Assembly: GCA_948436975.1 (NCBI GenBank)
Contig: CAOJJB010000001.1
Coordinates: forward strand, 80,095 to 144,094
DNA: 64,000 nucleotides
Reading direction: 5' to 3'
From: an uncultured Clostridium sp.
GTDB taxonomy: Bacteria; Bacillota; Clostridia; TANB77; CAG-508
Both the position numbers and the translations under genes were made by a program. This document shows, one piece after another, positions 1 through 8,602 of the stretch (positions within the stretch are counted from its first letter, which is position 1; each line of letters starts with the position of its first letter). A model generated the notes under the pieces. The model was not told the DNA's origin. It made no database searches and saw only the letters and a program-made list of their open reading frames with translations.

Positions 1-136
1 CATTATATAAAGTAGTTTTTGTATCTGAAAAGTGTCTTTCATAATTTGAATATATTGTTTCTAACTGTTCATTTAAAATGACGATTTTAACTGTTGTTGA
101 ACCTATATCTAACCCTACATGCAATAATTCTTTCAT
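1..136 (-). CDS. 5' end (45 codons) of a BadF/BadG/BcrA/BcrD-type ATPase (acyl-CoA dehydratase activase-like); continues past the window start
   Basis: Open-ended, so absent from the ORF track. The reverse complement of 1..136 reads MKELLHVGLDIGSTTVKIVILNEQLETIYSNYERHFSDTKTTLYN without a stop. LGxDxGSTxxK is the phosphate-1 loop of ASKHA/BcrAD-type ATPases. No strong RBS precedes the ATG (complement of 134..136). Confidence 0.5.
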   Translation of the reverse strand, partial: MKELLHVGLDIGSTTVKIVILNEQLETIYSNYERHFSDTKTTLYN

Positions 137-214
137 ATTTTTGTTATGTTAGTAAAACTAACATTTCTCCTGTTTTAAAATTTAGATTTTTTGGGAAATA
201 TCTATAAACCTTTT

Positions 215-280
215 AGAAATAACTTATTATAATTTTTTATTTTATATAAATTATACAAAAAATTATAATAAATTATTTCT
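215..280. repeat. 24-bp imperfect inverted repeat (1 mismatch) with an 18-bp spacer, in the promoter region of the minus-strand gene at 1..136
   Basis: agaaataacttattataatttttt (215..238) matches the reverse complement of aaaaaattataataaattatttct (257..280) with one mismatch. Each arm contains a TATAAT-like hexamer. Confidence 0.5.
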
Positions 281-387
281 TTAATATCTTGTATATTATA
301 ACTTTTGTCGTATTTTGTCAATGTTTATATTTACCATAGATTAAAATATTATTAAGCTTTTAAATAAAAATTTTTTTTATTTTGTCA

Positions 388-434
388 AGTCAAAAAAGAA
401 ACTCACAAATTTGATTTTTGTGAGTTTCTTTTTT
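388..434 (-). terminator. Rho-independent terminator of the hemolysin-III gene
   Basis: A perfect 15-bp stem (aaagaaactcacaaa 395..409 with tttgtgagtttcttt 417..431) and a 7-nt loop. On the minus strand a U-run follows (complement of caaaaaa at 391..397). Confidence 0.8.
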
Positions 435-1092
435 ATAGTTTTAAAACATATATTAATATAAAAAAGTATTGACATGCACTACCTAACATTACAAATATAT
501 GAAAAATTTCATGAAAACCGAAATGTTTAAATTTGATTTTTGGCCATTTGAAAGCATATATTAATCCGCCAATGGTATAAAATATACCACCAACTAAAAG
601 CCATAATAGACTATATAATAAATTTGCTTCTTTAAATACTTGTATTAATGGTATAGCAGCAATTAATACAAACCATCCCATTATAACATAAATACTAGTT
701 GTAAGTGCACGTGGAGCTTTTATCCAAATAGATGTGAGTATAATTCCTAAAATTGCTAATCCCCAAATAATACCAAATATACTCCATCCCCAAGGTCCTC
801 TTAATGGACCTAAACATATAGGTGTATAACTTGCAGCAATTAGAACATAAATCATTATATGATCAAATTTTCTAAATACGTTTAATCCTTTGCTTCCTAT
901 ATTTAACCAATGATATAGAGTGCTAAATAGATACATTAGGAAAAGTCCTACACCAAATATTGTAAAAGATACAACATCAAAAGCATCCCCCCATATAGCT
1001 GCGAAAACAATTAAAACTACTAATCCAATAAGTGATAGTCCTGCTCCGATACAGTGGGTTAAGCCACTTACTAAATCTCTAACTTTTGCCAT
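433..1092 (-). CDS. Hemolysin III / PAQR family membrane protein
   Basis: 219 aa with about 7 TM segments. Conserved His-containing motifs are LYHWLN and the C-terminal FGFHEIFHIFVMLGSACQYF, typical of the Hly-III/YqfA family. Confidence 0.85.
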   Translation of the reverse strand: MAKVRDLVSGLTHCIGAGLSLIGLVVLIVFAAIWGDAFDVVSFTIFGVGLFLMYLFSTLYHWLNIGSKGLNVFRKFDHIMIYVLIAASYTPICLGPLRGPWGWSIFGIIWGLAILGIILTSIWIKAPRALTTSIYVIMGWFVLIAAIPLIQVFKEANLLYSLLWLLVGGIFYTIGGLIYAFKWPKIKFKHFGFHEIFHIFVMLGSACQYFFILIYVLKL

Positions 1093-1263
1093 AATAAATT
1101 CCTTTCAAAAATTATATATATATAATACTATAAATAATTTATATAGTCAATGATGTAATTATAAAAAAAAGAATATCTAGTTATTGAAAACAGATTAAAC
1201 TTGTTTAAATTTTCATGAATAAATAGAACTTTAAAGAATAGTATTTACAAAGGAGGAAAAGCT

Positions 1264-1857
1264 ATGCAAAAATGGATAATTTTAATAGTTGTTTTTATAA
1301 TTATAATATTAAGTATATTTATTATATCAAATGTTAGTTTTGAAACTGAATATACACCAGAGAGCGAAATTGAAGAAGTTGAACTTAGAAAAACAATAGT
1401 TACACTGTATTTTAAGGATAAGACATCTGGAGAATTGGCTAAAGAAACTAGATTAATAGATTCGAAAGATTTATTAAAAAATCCATACAATGAGTTGTTA
1501 GATTTATTAATTAGTGGTCCAGAAAATAGTAATTATGAAAAAATAATTCCAGATGGGGTATCAGTAATTGATAATAAATTTGAAAATGGATGTGTAACTA
1601 TTAATTTTAGTAAGGAATTGTCAGAATTAAATTTGGATGAAGCTTCTAAAACTAATATAACTAATTCTATTTTAAATACGTTAACTCAATTAACAGAAGT
1701 AAATAGTATAAAAATTTTAATTGATGGGCAAGAAATGGGAATAAATTTTGAAAATGTTAAAAATACAGGAAATGAAAGTAATGTTAATAATAATGTAAAT
1801 ATAACTAATACTTCTACAAATATAGAAAATATGACATTAAATGAAATCACTGAATAA
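1264..1857 (+). CDS. gerM: GerMN-domain protein (sporulation/germination GerM-like), N-terminally membrane anchored
   Basis: RBS aaaggagga lies upstream. The protein has an N-terminal TM. The segments TLYFKD...ETRLI...NPYNELLDLLISGP...IPDGVSVID...ENGCVTINFSKE...ILNTLTQLTEVNSIKILIDGQE match the GerMN pattern. There is a single domain and an Asn-rich tail. Confidence 0.6.
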   Translation: MQKWIILIVVFIIIILSIFIISNVSFETEYTPESEIEEVELRKTIVTLYFKDKTSGELAKETRLIDSKDLLKNPYNELLDLLISGPENSNYEKIIPDGVSVIDNKFENGCVTINFSKELSELNLDEASKTNITNSILNTLTQLTEVNSIKILIDGQEMGINFENVKNTGNESNVNNNVNITNTSTNIENMTLNEITE

Positions 1858-1918
1858 TAACTTATTGATAAATCCAATAAAAAATGCTAAAATAGAGTAG
1901 TTATAGGAGGAAGATTAG

Positions 1919-2656
1919 TTGTTGTTAGAAAATGAACGAATAGATGATTTAGAATATAAGGGATTAAAAATTATACAGAATAAAGAAGGTTTTTGTTTTG
2001 GCATAGATAGTGTATTGTTAGCTGATTATGCAAAAAATCTAAAAGATGACTCAACTGTAATAGATATTGGTACAGGAACAGGAATTATTTCACTATTATT
2101 ATGTAAAAAAACTAATTTACAGAAGATTTATGGTATAGAAATTCAAAAAGATGTTGCAGAAATGGCTGATAGAAGTGTAAAATTGAATAAATTAGAAGAT
2201 AAGATTAAGATAATAAATACTAATATAAAGGAAGTTTTTAATATTTTAAAACCATATCAATATGATGTTGTAGTAACTAATCCGCCATATAAAAAAATAA
2301 ATACAGGAATTAAAAATTTGGAAATAAAGAAACTTATTTCTAGACATGAAGTTGAATGTACATTAGAAGATATAATTGAAAATGCTAGTAGATTACTAAA
2401 AGATTTGGGTGAATTTTATATGGTACATAGAGCTGAAAGATTGGTTGATATTATGTGTTTACTTAGAAAATATAAATTAGAGCCTAAAAATATTAGATTT
2501 GTACATTCTAAAATAAATGATAAACCAACATTAATTTTAATAAGAGCTGTAAGAAATGCAAAAGAGTTTTTGAAAATAGATAAACCACTTATAATATATA
2601 AAAATAATAATGATTATACTGATGAAATTTTGAAAATATATAATAAAGATATGTAG
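1919..2656 (+). CDS. SAM-dependent N6-adenine methyltransferase, tRNA1(Val) m6A37 methyltransferase-like (B. subtilis YabB-like)
   Basis: TTG start lies 8 nt after AGGAGG (1905..1910). VIDIGTGTGI is SAM motif I and VVTNPPYKK is the NPPY catalytic motif. The gene sits directly upstream of rsmI, as yabB-yabC do in Bacillus. Confidence 0.7.
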   Translation: MLLENERIDDLEYKGLKIIQNKEGFCFGIDSVLLADYAKNLKDDSTVIDIGTGTGIISLLLCKKTNLQKIYGIEIQKDVAEMADRSVKLNKLEDKIKIINTNIKEVFNILKPYQYDVVVTNPPYKKINTGIKNLEIKKLISRHEVECTLEDIIENASRLLKDLGEFYMVHRAERLVDIMCLLRKYKLEPKNIRFVHSKINDKPTLILIRAVRNAKEFLKIDKPLIIYKNNNDYTDEILKIYNKDM

Positions 2657-2669
2657 AAAGGGATAATGA

Positions 2670-3506
2670 ATGTTAGGAAAATTATATTTAGTAGCAACTC
2701 CAATAGGTAATTTAGAGGATATAACGTTAAGAGCTTTGAGAATATTAAAAGAAGTTGATATTATTGCAGCTGAAGATACAAGACATACATTAGGTTTATT
2801 AAACCACTTTGAAATATCAAAACCTTTAATTAGTTATTATAAGCAAAATGAAAAAATTAAAAGTAATTTTTTAATTGAAAAGTTGCTAGAGGGAAAAGAC
2901 ATTGCAGTTGTTTCAGATGCAGGAACTCCAGGGATTTCTGATCCTGGGGAAGAAATAGTGAAGTGTGCAATAGAAAATAATATAGAAGTAATTCCAATTC
3001 CAGGAGCATGTGCATTAATAAATGCACTAATTGCTTCTGGTTTGTCTACAAGAGAATTTTGTTTTATAGGTTTTTTATCTTCTATAAAAAAAGATAAGAG
3101 AGAAAAATTAGAAGATTTAAAATATGAAACAAGAACATTAATTTTATATGAAGCTCCACATAAACTAAAGGGAACTTTGGAGAATATTTTAGAAATTTTA
3201 GGAGATAGAAAAATAGTTCTTGCAAAAGAAATTACTAAAATTCATGAATATTTTATTAGAAATAATGTAAGTAGTATTTTGGAAAGAATAGATGAAATAA
3301 AAGGTGAGTTTGTTATTTTAATAGAGGGAAGTATAGAATCTAAAAAAGATATTGAACTTATAAAGATGAATGAAATGTCTTTAGAGGAGCATTACAATTT
3401 ATATGAGAAACAAGGATTTACTAAAAAGGATATAATAAAGAAAATTGCTAAAGATAGAAATGTTAATAAAAATGAAGTTTATCAATCTTTTTTAAATAAG
3501 TCATAA
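2670..3506 (+). CDS. rsmI: 16S rRNA (cytidine1402-2'-O)-methyltransferase RsmI
   Basis: The N-terminus LYLVATPIGNLEDITLRALRILKEVDIIAAEDTRHT and the motif VSDAGTPGISDPG are hallmark RsmI/tetrapyrrole-methylase-fold motifs. Confidence 0.9.
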   Translation: MLGKLYLVATPIGNLEDITLRALRILKEVDIIAAEDTRHTLGLLNHFEISKPLISYYKQNEKIKSNFLIEKLLEGKDIAVVSDAGTPGISDPGEEIVKCAIENNIEVIPIPGACALINALIASGLSTREFCFIGFLSSIKKDKREKLEDLKYETRTLILYEAPHKLKGTLENILEILGDRKIVLAKEITKIHEYFIRNNVSSILERIDEIKGEFVILIEGSIESKKDIELIKMNEMSLEEHYNLYEKQGFTKKDIIKKIAKDRNVNKNEVYQSFLNKS

Positions 3507-3559
3507 ATTACATTTTTTTATATTAATTTAGTTTTTTAATATTATTGAAATATACTATA

Positions 3560-3607
3560 AAAAACTCAGGAGCAGACATTGCACTGCTCCTGAGAACTTT
3601 TGTTTTT
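3560..3607. terminator. Bidirectional rho-independent terminator between the convergent rsmI and the small minus-strand gene
   Basis: A perfect 11-bp GC-containing stem (ctcaggagcag 3565..3575 with ctgctcctgag 3584..3594) and an 8-nt loop. It is flanked by an A-run upstream and a T-rich tract downstream. Confidence 0.85.
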
Positions 3608-3651
3608 ATCCATATTAAGTTTTAAGGTGTTTGTATGTGCTGACAGTAGAT

Positions 3652-3939
3652 TTATTTTCGTTTACTGAGTATCTCTGTGAATTCATTTAACTCAGTGATC
3701 AGAATTTCTTCTGAAATATTCTCTTGATGGAATTGAATGATAGTATTATCCATCAATGTGAATTTTTCATTCAATTCATTATCTACAAATTTGCTATATT
3801 TGCGAAGCTGTAATTGTAATTTCATCAAAGCTTTTTCAAGAGGTTTGTGCTGCTCGTGTTTACTGATGACAAAATTTACTTGAGCTAATAAATCCTGGCT
3901 GATAGTTGAGTACAATGTGATTGTTTTTGAATGTTCCAT
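3652..3939 (-). CDS. Small all-helical hypothetical protein (95 aa)
   Basis: I shortened the track ORF (3652..4017) to the ATG at complement 3937..3939 (MEHSKTITLY...), because AAGGAG lies 8 nt upstream on the minus strand. I recognised no family. It is one of only a few minus-strand genes here and looks slightly more GC-rich than its neighbours by eye. Confidence 0.55.
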   Translation of the reverse strand: MEHSKTITLYSTISQDLLAQVNFVISKHEQHKPLEKALMKLQLQLRKYSKFVDNELNEKFTLMDNTIIQFHQENISEEILITELNEFTEILSKRK

Positions 3940-4219
3940 ACAAAAAACTCCTTTCAATATACATAGATGAGATAAAATCACAGCTGTTAAGATGCTGTGA
4001 ATGGATATAGATAACAAATATCAACTTATTATAACATTTTTTAATTAATTAGTCAAAATTTTGTTAATAACACTTTTAATAATAGAGTTATACTATATTT
4101 CAGTAATATTACAAAATTAAATTACTAGGATTTATTAAGGTAATCTATTGTTTTTTTTATATAAAAATGATATATTATTTATGAAAAACTATAATAATAG
4201 ATATATTATGGAGGTTTAA

Positions 4220-5746
4220 ATGAGCAGAAGTCGAGGAAGAAGAGTTGATAATGTACCGAGGCTAAATATCAAAAAGGTATTTGCTACCATAATTGCAATA
4301 ATGGTATTTATAATGATAACAATTTCATTAAAGAAAATATTAACTTCTAATGATAAACAAACTAAAGATGTTTCTTCACTTACAACATATGTATCAGTTT
4401 ATGAAAATGACAAATGGGGAGTTATAGATAATAAAGGAAATAAAGTAATAAATTTAGAATATGATGAAATAGTGGTAGTTCCAGATGAAAATCAAGGGAT
4501 TTTTATTTGTACTTATAATATAGATTACAATAATGAAACATATCAAACTAAAGTTTTAGATGAAAAAGGAAAAGAAATTTTAACAGAATATCAAATGGTA
4601 GAAGCTTTAGAAAATACTAATAAAAATACTATTTGGTATGAAAGTAATGTTTTAAAACATCAAAAAAATGGAAAATATGGATTAATAGATTTTAAAGGAA
4701 AAGAGTTAATTGAACCTATATATGATAAAATATATGCATTACAAGGAATAGAAAAAAGTATTATAATAGAAAAAGATGGAAAAAAGGGGTTAGTAAATGG
4801 TAGTACAGGAGAAATAATAATACAACCTGAATATATAGAAATAAAAAGTATTGCAAAAACATATGAAGATGGTTATATAGTGAAAAATAATGAGAATAAA
4901 TATGGAGTAATAGCACCAGATAAAACTAAGATTTTGGAAGAAAAATATGATGATATAAAAAATGTTACTGGAAACAATTACTATGTTGTTGTAGAAAATG
5001 GAGTATTAGAAGTAGTTGATGCAACAGCTAATGTTATTTTAAATAGTGGTTATGATAGTATACAAGAAATTGAACTAGATAATTTTGTTATAATAAAAAA
5101 TAATAAGTATGGTGTAATAGATAAAGAAGGACAAACAATTATTGCACCAGATTATGATAAAATTCAATTTGCTTTTTCTGATTATTTTATAGCACAAAAA
5201 AGCGGTAAATATGGAATAATAGATAAATTAGGAAATATAAAGATTGACTTTAATTATAATAATATAAACTATATAAAAACAGCTGATTTTTTTGAAGCTG
5301 AAAAGGAAGATTACACATCAGATATAATAGATAGAAACTTTAATACAATTTTAAGTAGTACAATTATTTCTGAACTTAATATTGAAGATGGATATTTAAG
5401 AGTAAGAGTTAATAATGATTACAAATACTATAATTTTAAATTTGAGGAAAAAAGTAATAAAGAGATATTAACAAGAAATACATTATTTTTAGTTAAAGAA
5501 AATGGAAAGTATGGTTATGAGAATAAAAATGGAGATAGGATAGTAGACTGCATTTATGATGATGCAAAAGAACAAAATCAGTTTGGATATTGTGCAGTGA
5601 ATAAAGGTGGTCTTTGGGGAGTATTAAAATCAGATGGTACAGTAATCGTTGAACCAAGTAGAAACTTAGAAAACTATTTATATATAGATTTCATTTCTGA
5701 ATGGAATAGATATAATGATTTAAGTTTAAATGTATACACAAAGTAA
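4220..5746 (+). CDS. WG-repeat (KWG-type) protein, type II membrane anchored
   Basis: RBS ggagg lies upstream. A basic N-terminus (SRSRGRR) is followed by a TM segment. There are at least 8 repeats of the form K(W/Y)G(V/L/I)ID.(K/E)G..(I/V)I.P.YD, for example KWGVIDNKGNKVI, KYGLIDFKGKELIEPIYD and KYGVIDKEGQTIIAPDYD. Confidence 0.75.
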   Translation: MSRSRGRRVDNVPRLNIKKVFATIIAIMVFIMITISLKKILTSNDKQTKDVSSLTTYVSVYENDKWGVIDNKGNKVINLEYDEIVVVPDENQGIFICTYNIDYNNETYQTKVLDEKGKEILTEYQMVEALENTNKNTIWYESNVLKHQKNGKYGLIDFKGKELIEPIYDKIYALQGIEKSIIIEKDGKKGLVNGSTGEIIIQPEYIEIKSIAKTYEDGYIVKNNENKYGVIAPDKTKILEEKYDDIKNVTGNNYYVVVENGVLEVVDATANVILNSGYDSIQEIELDNFVIIKNNKYGVIDKEGQTIIAPDYDKIQFAFSDYFIAQKSGKYGIIDKLGNIKIDFNYNNINYIKTADFFEAEKEDYTSDIIDRNFNTILSSTIISELNIEDGYLRVRVNNDYKYYNFKFEEKSNKEILTRNTLFLVKENGKYGYENKNGDRIVDCIYDDAKEQNQFGYCAVNKGGLWGVLKSDGTVIVEPSRNLENYLYIDFISEWNRYNDLSLNVYTK

Positions 5747-5771
5747 CATAAGATAAAGGTAGGTAATAACA

Positions 5772-7031
5772 GTGGAACTAATGACAAAATATCAATATAC
5801 GTATTTCATACATCCATATATTGTTGATGAAACAAGATATGATAAATATATATTAAAACTTTTAAAAGATAAGAAGTGCTTATATAAGGTTTTTGAAAAA
5901 GAGAAAGATTTAGATATATATAATTTCTTTTTACCTAATATAAGATCTTATTTGTTTCCTTCTTTTGAATTAAGAGGAGAAGGATTAAAAGAATTTAATG
6001 ATAGTAAGATAGAAAATAAAAAAAGAAAGATTTTAAAAGATTCAGTAGCGTATTTTACTTATGATTTTGCAGAAGATATACAAGGTAAAGTAGGAGCGGA
6101 GAATGGTATTTTCTTTAAAATAGAAGGAATAGAGATAATTTGTTTTAATACTGGAATATGCTTTTTTACAATGAAAACACATTTAGAAAATACTAATAAA
6201 TTTTCAGACTTATTAAACTTTAATTATAGATTTAAAGGTATAAATTCTGAATTTGCAGGGCTAAGAGATTATGAAAATATTAATATACAGACAGACACTT
6301 TTAATGATATTAAAGATATTTCAGAATTTATAAAACAGATTACTGGTATTAGTACAAGAAGTAAATCTTCTAATAAAGAAGATTTAGTTAATTCACAATT
6401 TTATACTTATTCTTATGTATGTGTTGAAACTAGTAATTGGAGTGAAAAATCAAGTTTTGATTATATTGAAAATGATTTTTTACGATTTGCCAATGTTTTA
6501 CCTAGTAATTATAATTCAGATTTTAATAAAGCTAATATAGAGCATAATTTGCATATAATAGAAAAATTTAAATATATCAAAACAACAATTTCAAATACTA
6601 GTTCAAATGTGATATGTTCTGGAATAGATACTTATAATTATACTAAATTGCCATATGAATATGAAAACCAATATTTTTATTTATATATTTTGTCTTTATA
6701 TAAAAAGATGTTTCTAATGAAACTTAATTCTGATTTTAGACAGTATGATGTAATTGTCAAGATGAGAGAAAGTTTTGCAAAATTTACTAGAAAGCTTTGG
6801 AATAAAGAAGTTACATTAGATGATACTGGTTCATTATACTATAAAACATTAAATAATACATTAGAATTAAATGAATTATATACAGAAATTCAAAATAAGT
6901 ATGAAGTAATTTATAAAGACTTAAATATAGAGAAAAATAATAGATATTATTCTATAATAGTTATATTATTAATATTTTCTTTAATGTTTAATACTGTAAA
7001 TATTATATTTTTAATGTATTGGTTATCTTAA
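5772..7031 (+). CDS. Hypothetical protein with a C-terminal membrane segment (419 aa)
   Basis: GTG start lies 8 nt after aaaggtagg (5755..5763). The body looks like a soluble alpha/beta region, followed by long helices (QYFYLYILSLYKKMFLMKLNSDF) and a hydrophobic tail (YYSIIVILLIFSLMFNTVNIIFLMYWLS). No recognisable catalytic motif. The gene is tightly packed between the WG-repeat gene and acpS. Confidence 0.6.
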   Translation: MELMTKYQYTYFIHPYIVDETRYDKYILKLLKDKKCLYKVFEKEKDLDIYNFFLPNIRSYLFPSFELRGEGLKEFNDSKIENKKRKILKDSVAYFTYDFAEDIQGKVGAENGIFFKIEGIEIICFNTGICFFTMKTHLENTNKFSDLLNFNYRFKGINSEFAGLRDYENINIQTDTFNDIKDISEFIKQITGISTRSKSSNKEDLVNSQFYTYSYVCVETSNWSEKSSFDYIENDFLRFANVLPSNYNSDFNKANIEHNLHIIEKFKYIKTTISNTSSNVICSGIDTYNYTKLPYEYENQYFYLYILSLYKKMFLMKLNSDFRQYDVIVKMRESFAKFTRKLWNKEVTLDDTGSLYYKTLNNTLELNELYTEIQNKYEVIYKDLNIEKNNRYYSIIVILLIFSLMFNTVNIIFLMYWLS

Positions 7032-7046
7032 GGAAGAGGGAATAAT

Positions 7047-7418
7047 ATGAAAATAGCTAATGGAACAGATATTATAGAGATTAGAAGAATAAAAAAATGT
7101 ATTGATAGAAATGGTGATAAATTTTTAAAGAGAATATTTACAGATAATGAAATAAGATACTGTGAAAGTAGAAAATTTCAAAAATTTCAAAGTTATGCAG
7201 TTAGATTTGCTGCTAAAGAGGCAGTATATAAAGCTTTAAGTGATTATATAGATTTTGAATATTCATGGAGAGATTTTGAGGTTCAAAATAATGCTCTTGG
7301 TAAACCAAAAATAAAATTAAATTTTCAAATAGCAAATTTAGAAAGTATAGAAATTAGTCTTTCACATTGTAAAGAATATGCTATTGCTAATGTTGTTGCT
7401 ATATATAAGGAGAATTAA
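7047..7418 (+). CDS. acpS: Holo-[acyl-carrier-protein] synthase (4'-phosphopantetheinyl transferase)
   Basis: 123 aa. Contains GTDIIEIRRI, FAAKEAVYKAL and ISLSHCKEYAIANV, which are typical AcpS motifs. Confidence 0.85.
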   Translation: MKIANGTDIIEIRRIKKCIDRNGDKFLKRIFTDNEIRYCESRKFQKFQSYAVRFAAKEAVYKALSDYIDFEYSWRDFEVQNNALGKPKIKLNFQIANLESIEISLSHCKEYAIANVVAIYKEN

Positions 7419-8183
7419 ATGGAATTTTTTGATTCACATTCTCATTATAATGATGAGAAATATAATGATGATAGAGATGAAATAATAAATAAAATATATA
7501 AAGAAGGAATAACATCAACAGTTTGTGTTGGATATGATTTAGTAAAAAGTAAGTATGCTTTAGAGATTGCTAAAAATAACAATTTTATTTATTCTACTGT
7601 TGGAATTTCTCCTAATGATATTGAAGATTTCACATATGATAATTTATTAGAAATAGAAAAGTTGGCTAAAGATCATAAAGTAGTAGCAATAGGTGAGATT
7701 GGATTAGATTATTATTGGAATAAAGAAAACAAAGAAAAACAAAAAGAGTTATTTGTGAAACAGATAGATATAGCAAATAAGTTACATAAACCTATTGTTA
7801 TTCATACAAGAGATGCTGCTATTGATACAATAGATATCTTAAAAAAACATTCAGTTATAGAAAAAGGGATATTTCATTGTTGTCCATTAAATCAAGAACT
7901 TATAAAAGAAGGACTGAAATTAGATTTTTATATATCTTTTAGTGGGAATATTACTTTTAAAAATGCTAAATCTGAAGAGGCTGTTTCTTTAGTCCCTTTG
8001 GATAAAATTCTGATAGAAACAGATTCTCCATATCTCAGTCCTGAACCTTTGAGAGGAACTAGAAATAATTCTATTAATGTAAAATTAGTAGCACAAAGAA
8101 TTGCTGATATTAAAAATATTTCTCTTGAAGAGGTTGCTAAGATAACTTATGAGAATGCAAATAGAGTGTTTAAAATTAAGTAA
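7419..8183 (+). CDS. tatD: TatD-family metal-dependent hydrolase/DNase (YabD-like)
   Basis: Contains FDSHSHYND (the HxH metal site), IGEIGLDYYW, VIHTRDA and ETDSPYLSP. The start directly abuts the acpS stop. Confidence 0.9.
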   Translation: MEFFDSHSHYNDEKYNDDRDEIINKIYKEGITSTVCVGYDLVKSKYALEIAKNNNFIYSTVGISPNDIEDFTYDNLLEIEKLAKDHKVVAIGEIGLDYYWNKENKEKQKELFVKQIDIANKLHKPIVIHTRDAAIDTIDILKKHSVIEKGIFHCCPLNQELIKEGLKLDFYISFSGNITFKNAKSEEAVSLVPLDKILIETDSPYLSPEPLRGTRNNSINVKLVAQRIADIKNISLEEVAKITYENANRVFKIK

Positions 8184-8232
8184 AATTCATTTCAGTAGTG
8201 TTGTTATACATTGCTTGAAATGAATTTTTTGT
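8183..8232 (+). terminator. Rho-independent terminator after tatD
   Basis: A 12-bp stem (aaattcatttca 8183..8194 with tgaaatgaattt 8216..8227), followed by a T-run to about 8230. The 21-nt loop is large. Confidence 0.6.
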
Positions 8233-8542
8233 TTATTATGGAAAAACATTCCATGGAAAAGGATTTTAAAAAGTTTTACAATTTATATGAAAGAGGAGTA
8301 TAAATTGTATTATTGATAAAAGTTATAGTAAGTGTGTTATTTTAGAAAAAATAAGAAATACAAAATGAAGTTTTACTACAAAAAATTTAATAAATAAAAG
8401 TCTGTAATCATTGTTTTCGTAAGAAATTTATTAAATTTAACAAAAAAAGTAACATAAACTTAATATAATTATACAAAAACACTTCAATTGGTTTTCCGTA
8501 AAAGGTTTTTCCAAGAATTGGTTGGACTGTAAAAAAGTGCTA

Positions 8543-8570
8543 TTGAAAAAAAAAATCAAAATGCTATGAT
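8543..8570 (+). promoter_or_regulatory. Candidate sigma-A promoter of the LRR-dockerin gene, with an A10 tract in the spacer
   Basis: TTGAAA (8543..8548), then a 16-nt spacer that begins with the A-run 8546..8555, then TATGAT (8565..8570). RBS GGGAGG lies at about 8590 and the ATG at 8603. Confidence 0.4.
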
Positions 8571-8602
8571 AATACTAATGAAAAATTCAGGGAGGATTTA
8601 TT

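Noticed and set aside
920-1877. Small ORFs at 920..1153(+), 1245..1490(-) and 1686..1877(-)
   Set aside because: They overlap the well-supported hemolysin-III and GerMN genes on the opposite strand. Their products are low complexity and have no RBS.
3652-4017. Whether the small minus-strand gene after rsmI is AbrB, which occupies the syntenic position in Bacillus. Also the longer 121-aa version of the ORF.
   Set aside because: The sequence lacks the AbrB/SpoVT swapped-hairpin N-terminus (no ...VRKVDELGRVVIP...-like motif) and is predicted to be all-helical. The 26-aa upstream extension has no RBS, whereas MEHSK does.
5772-7031. A CorA-like divalent cation channel assignment for the 419-aa protein, based on long helices plus a C-terminal TM
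   Set aside because: There is only one clear hydrophobic segment and no GMN motif (the sequence has MFNTVN instead). The evidence is insufficient.
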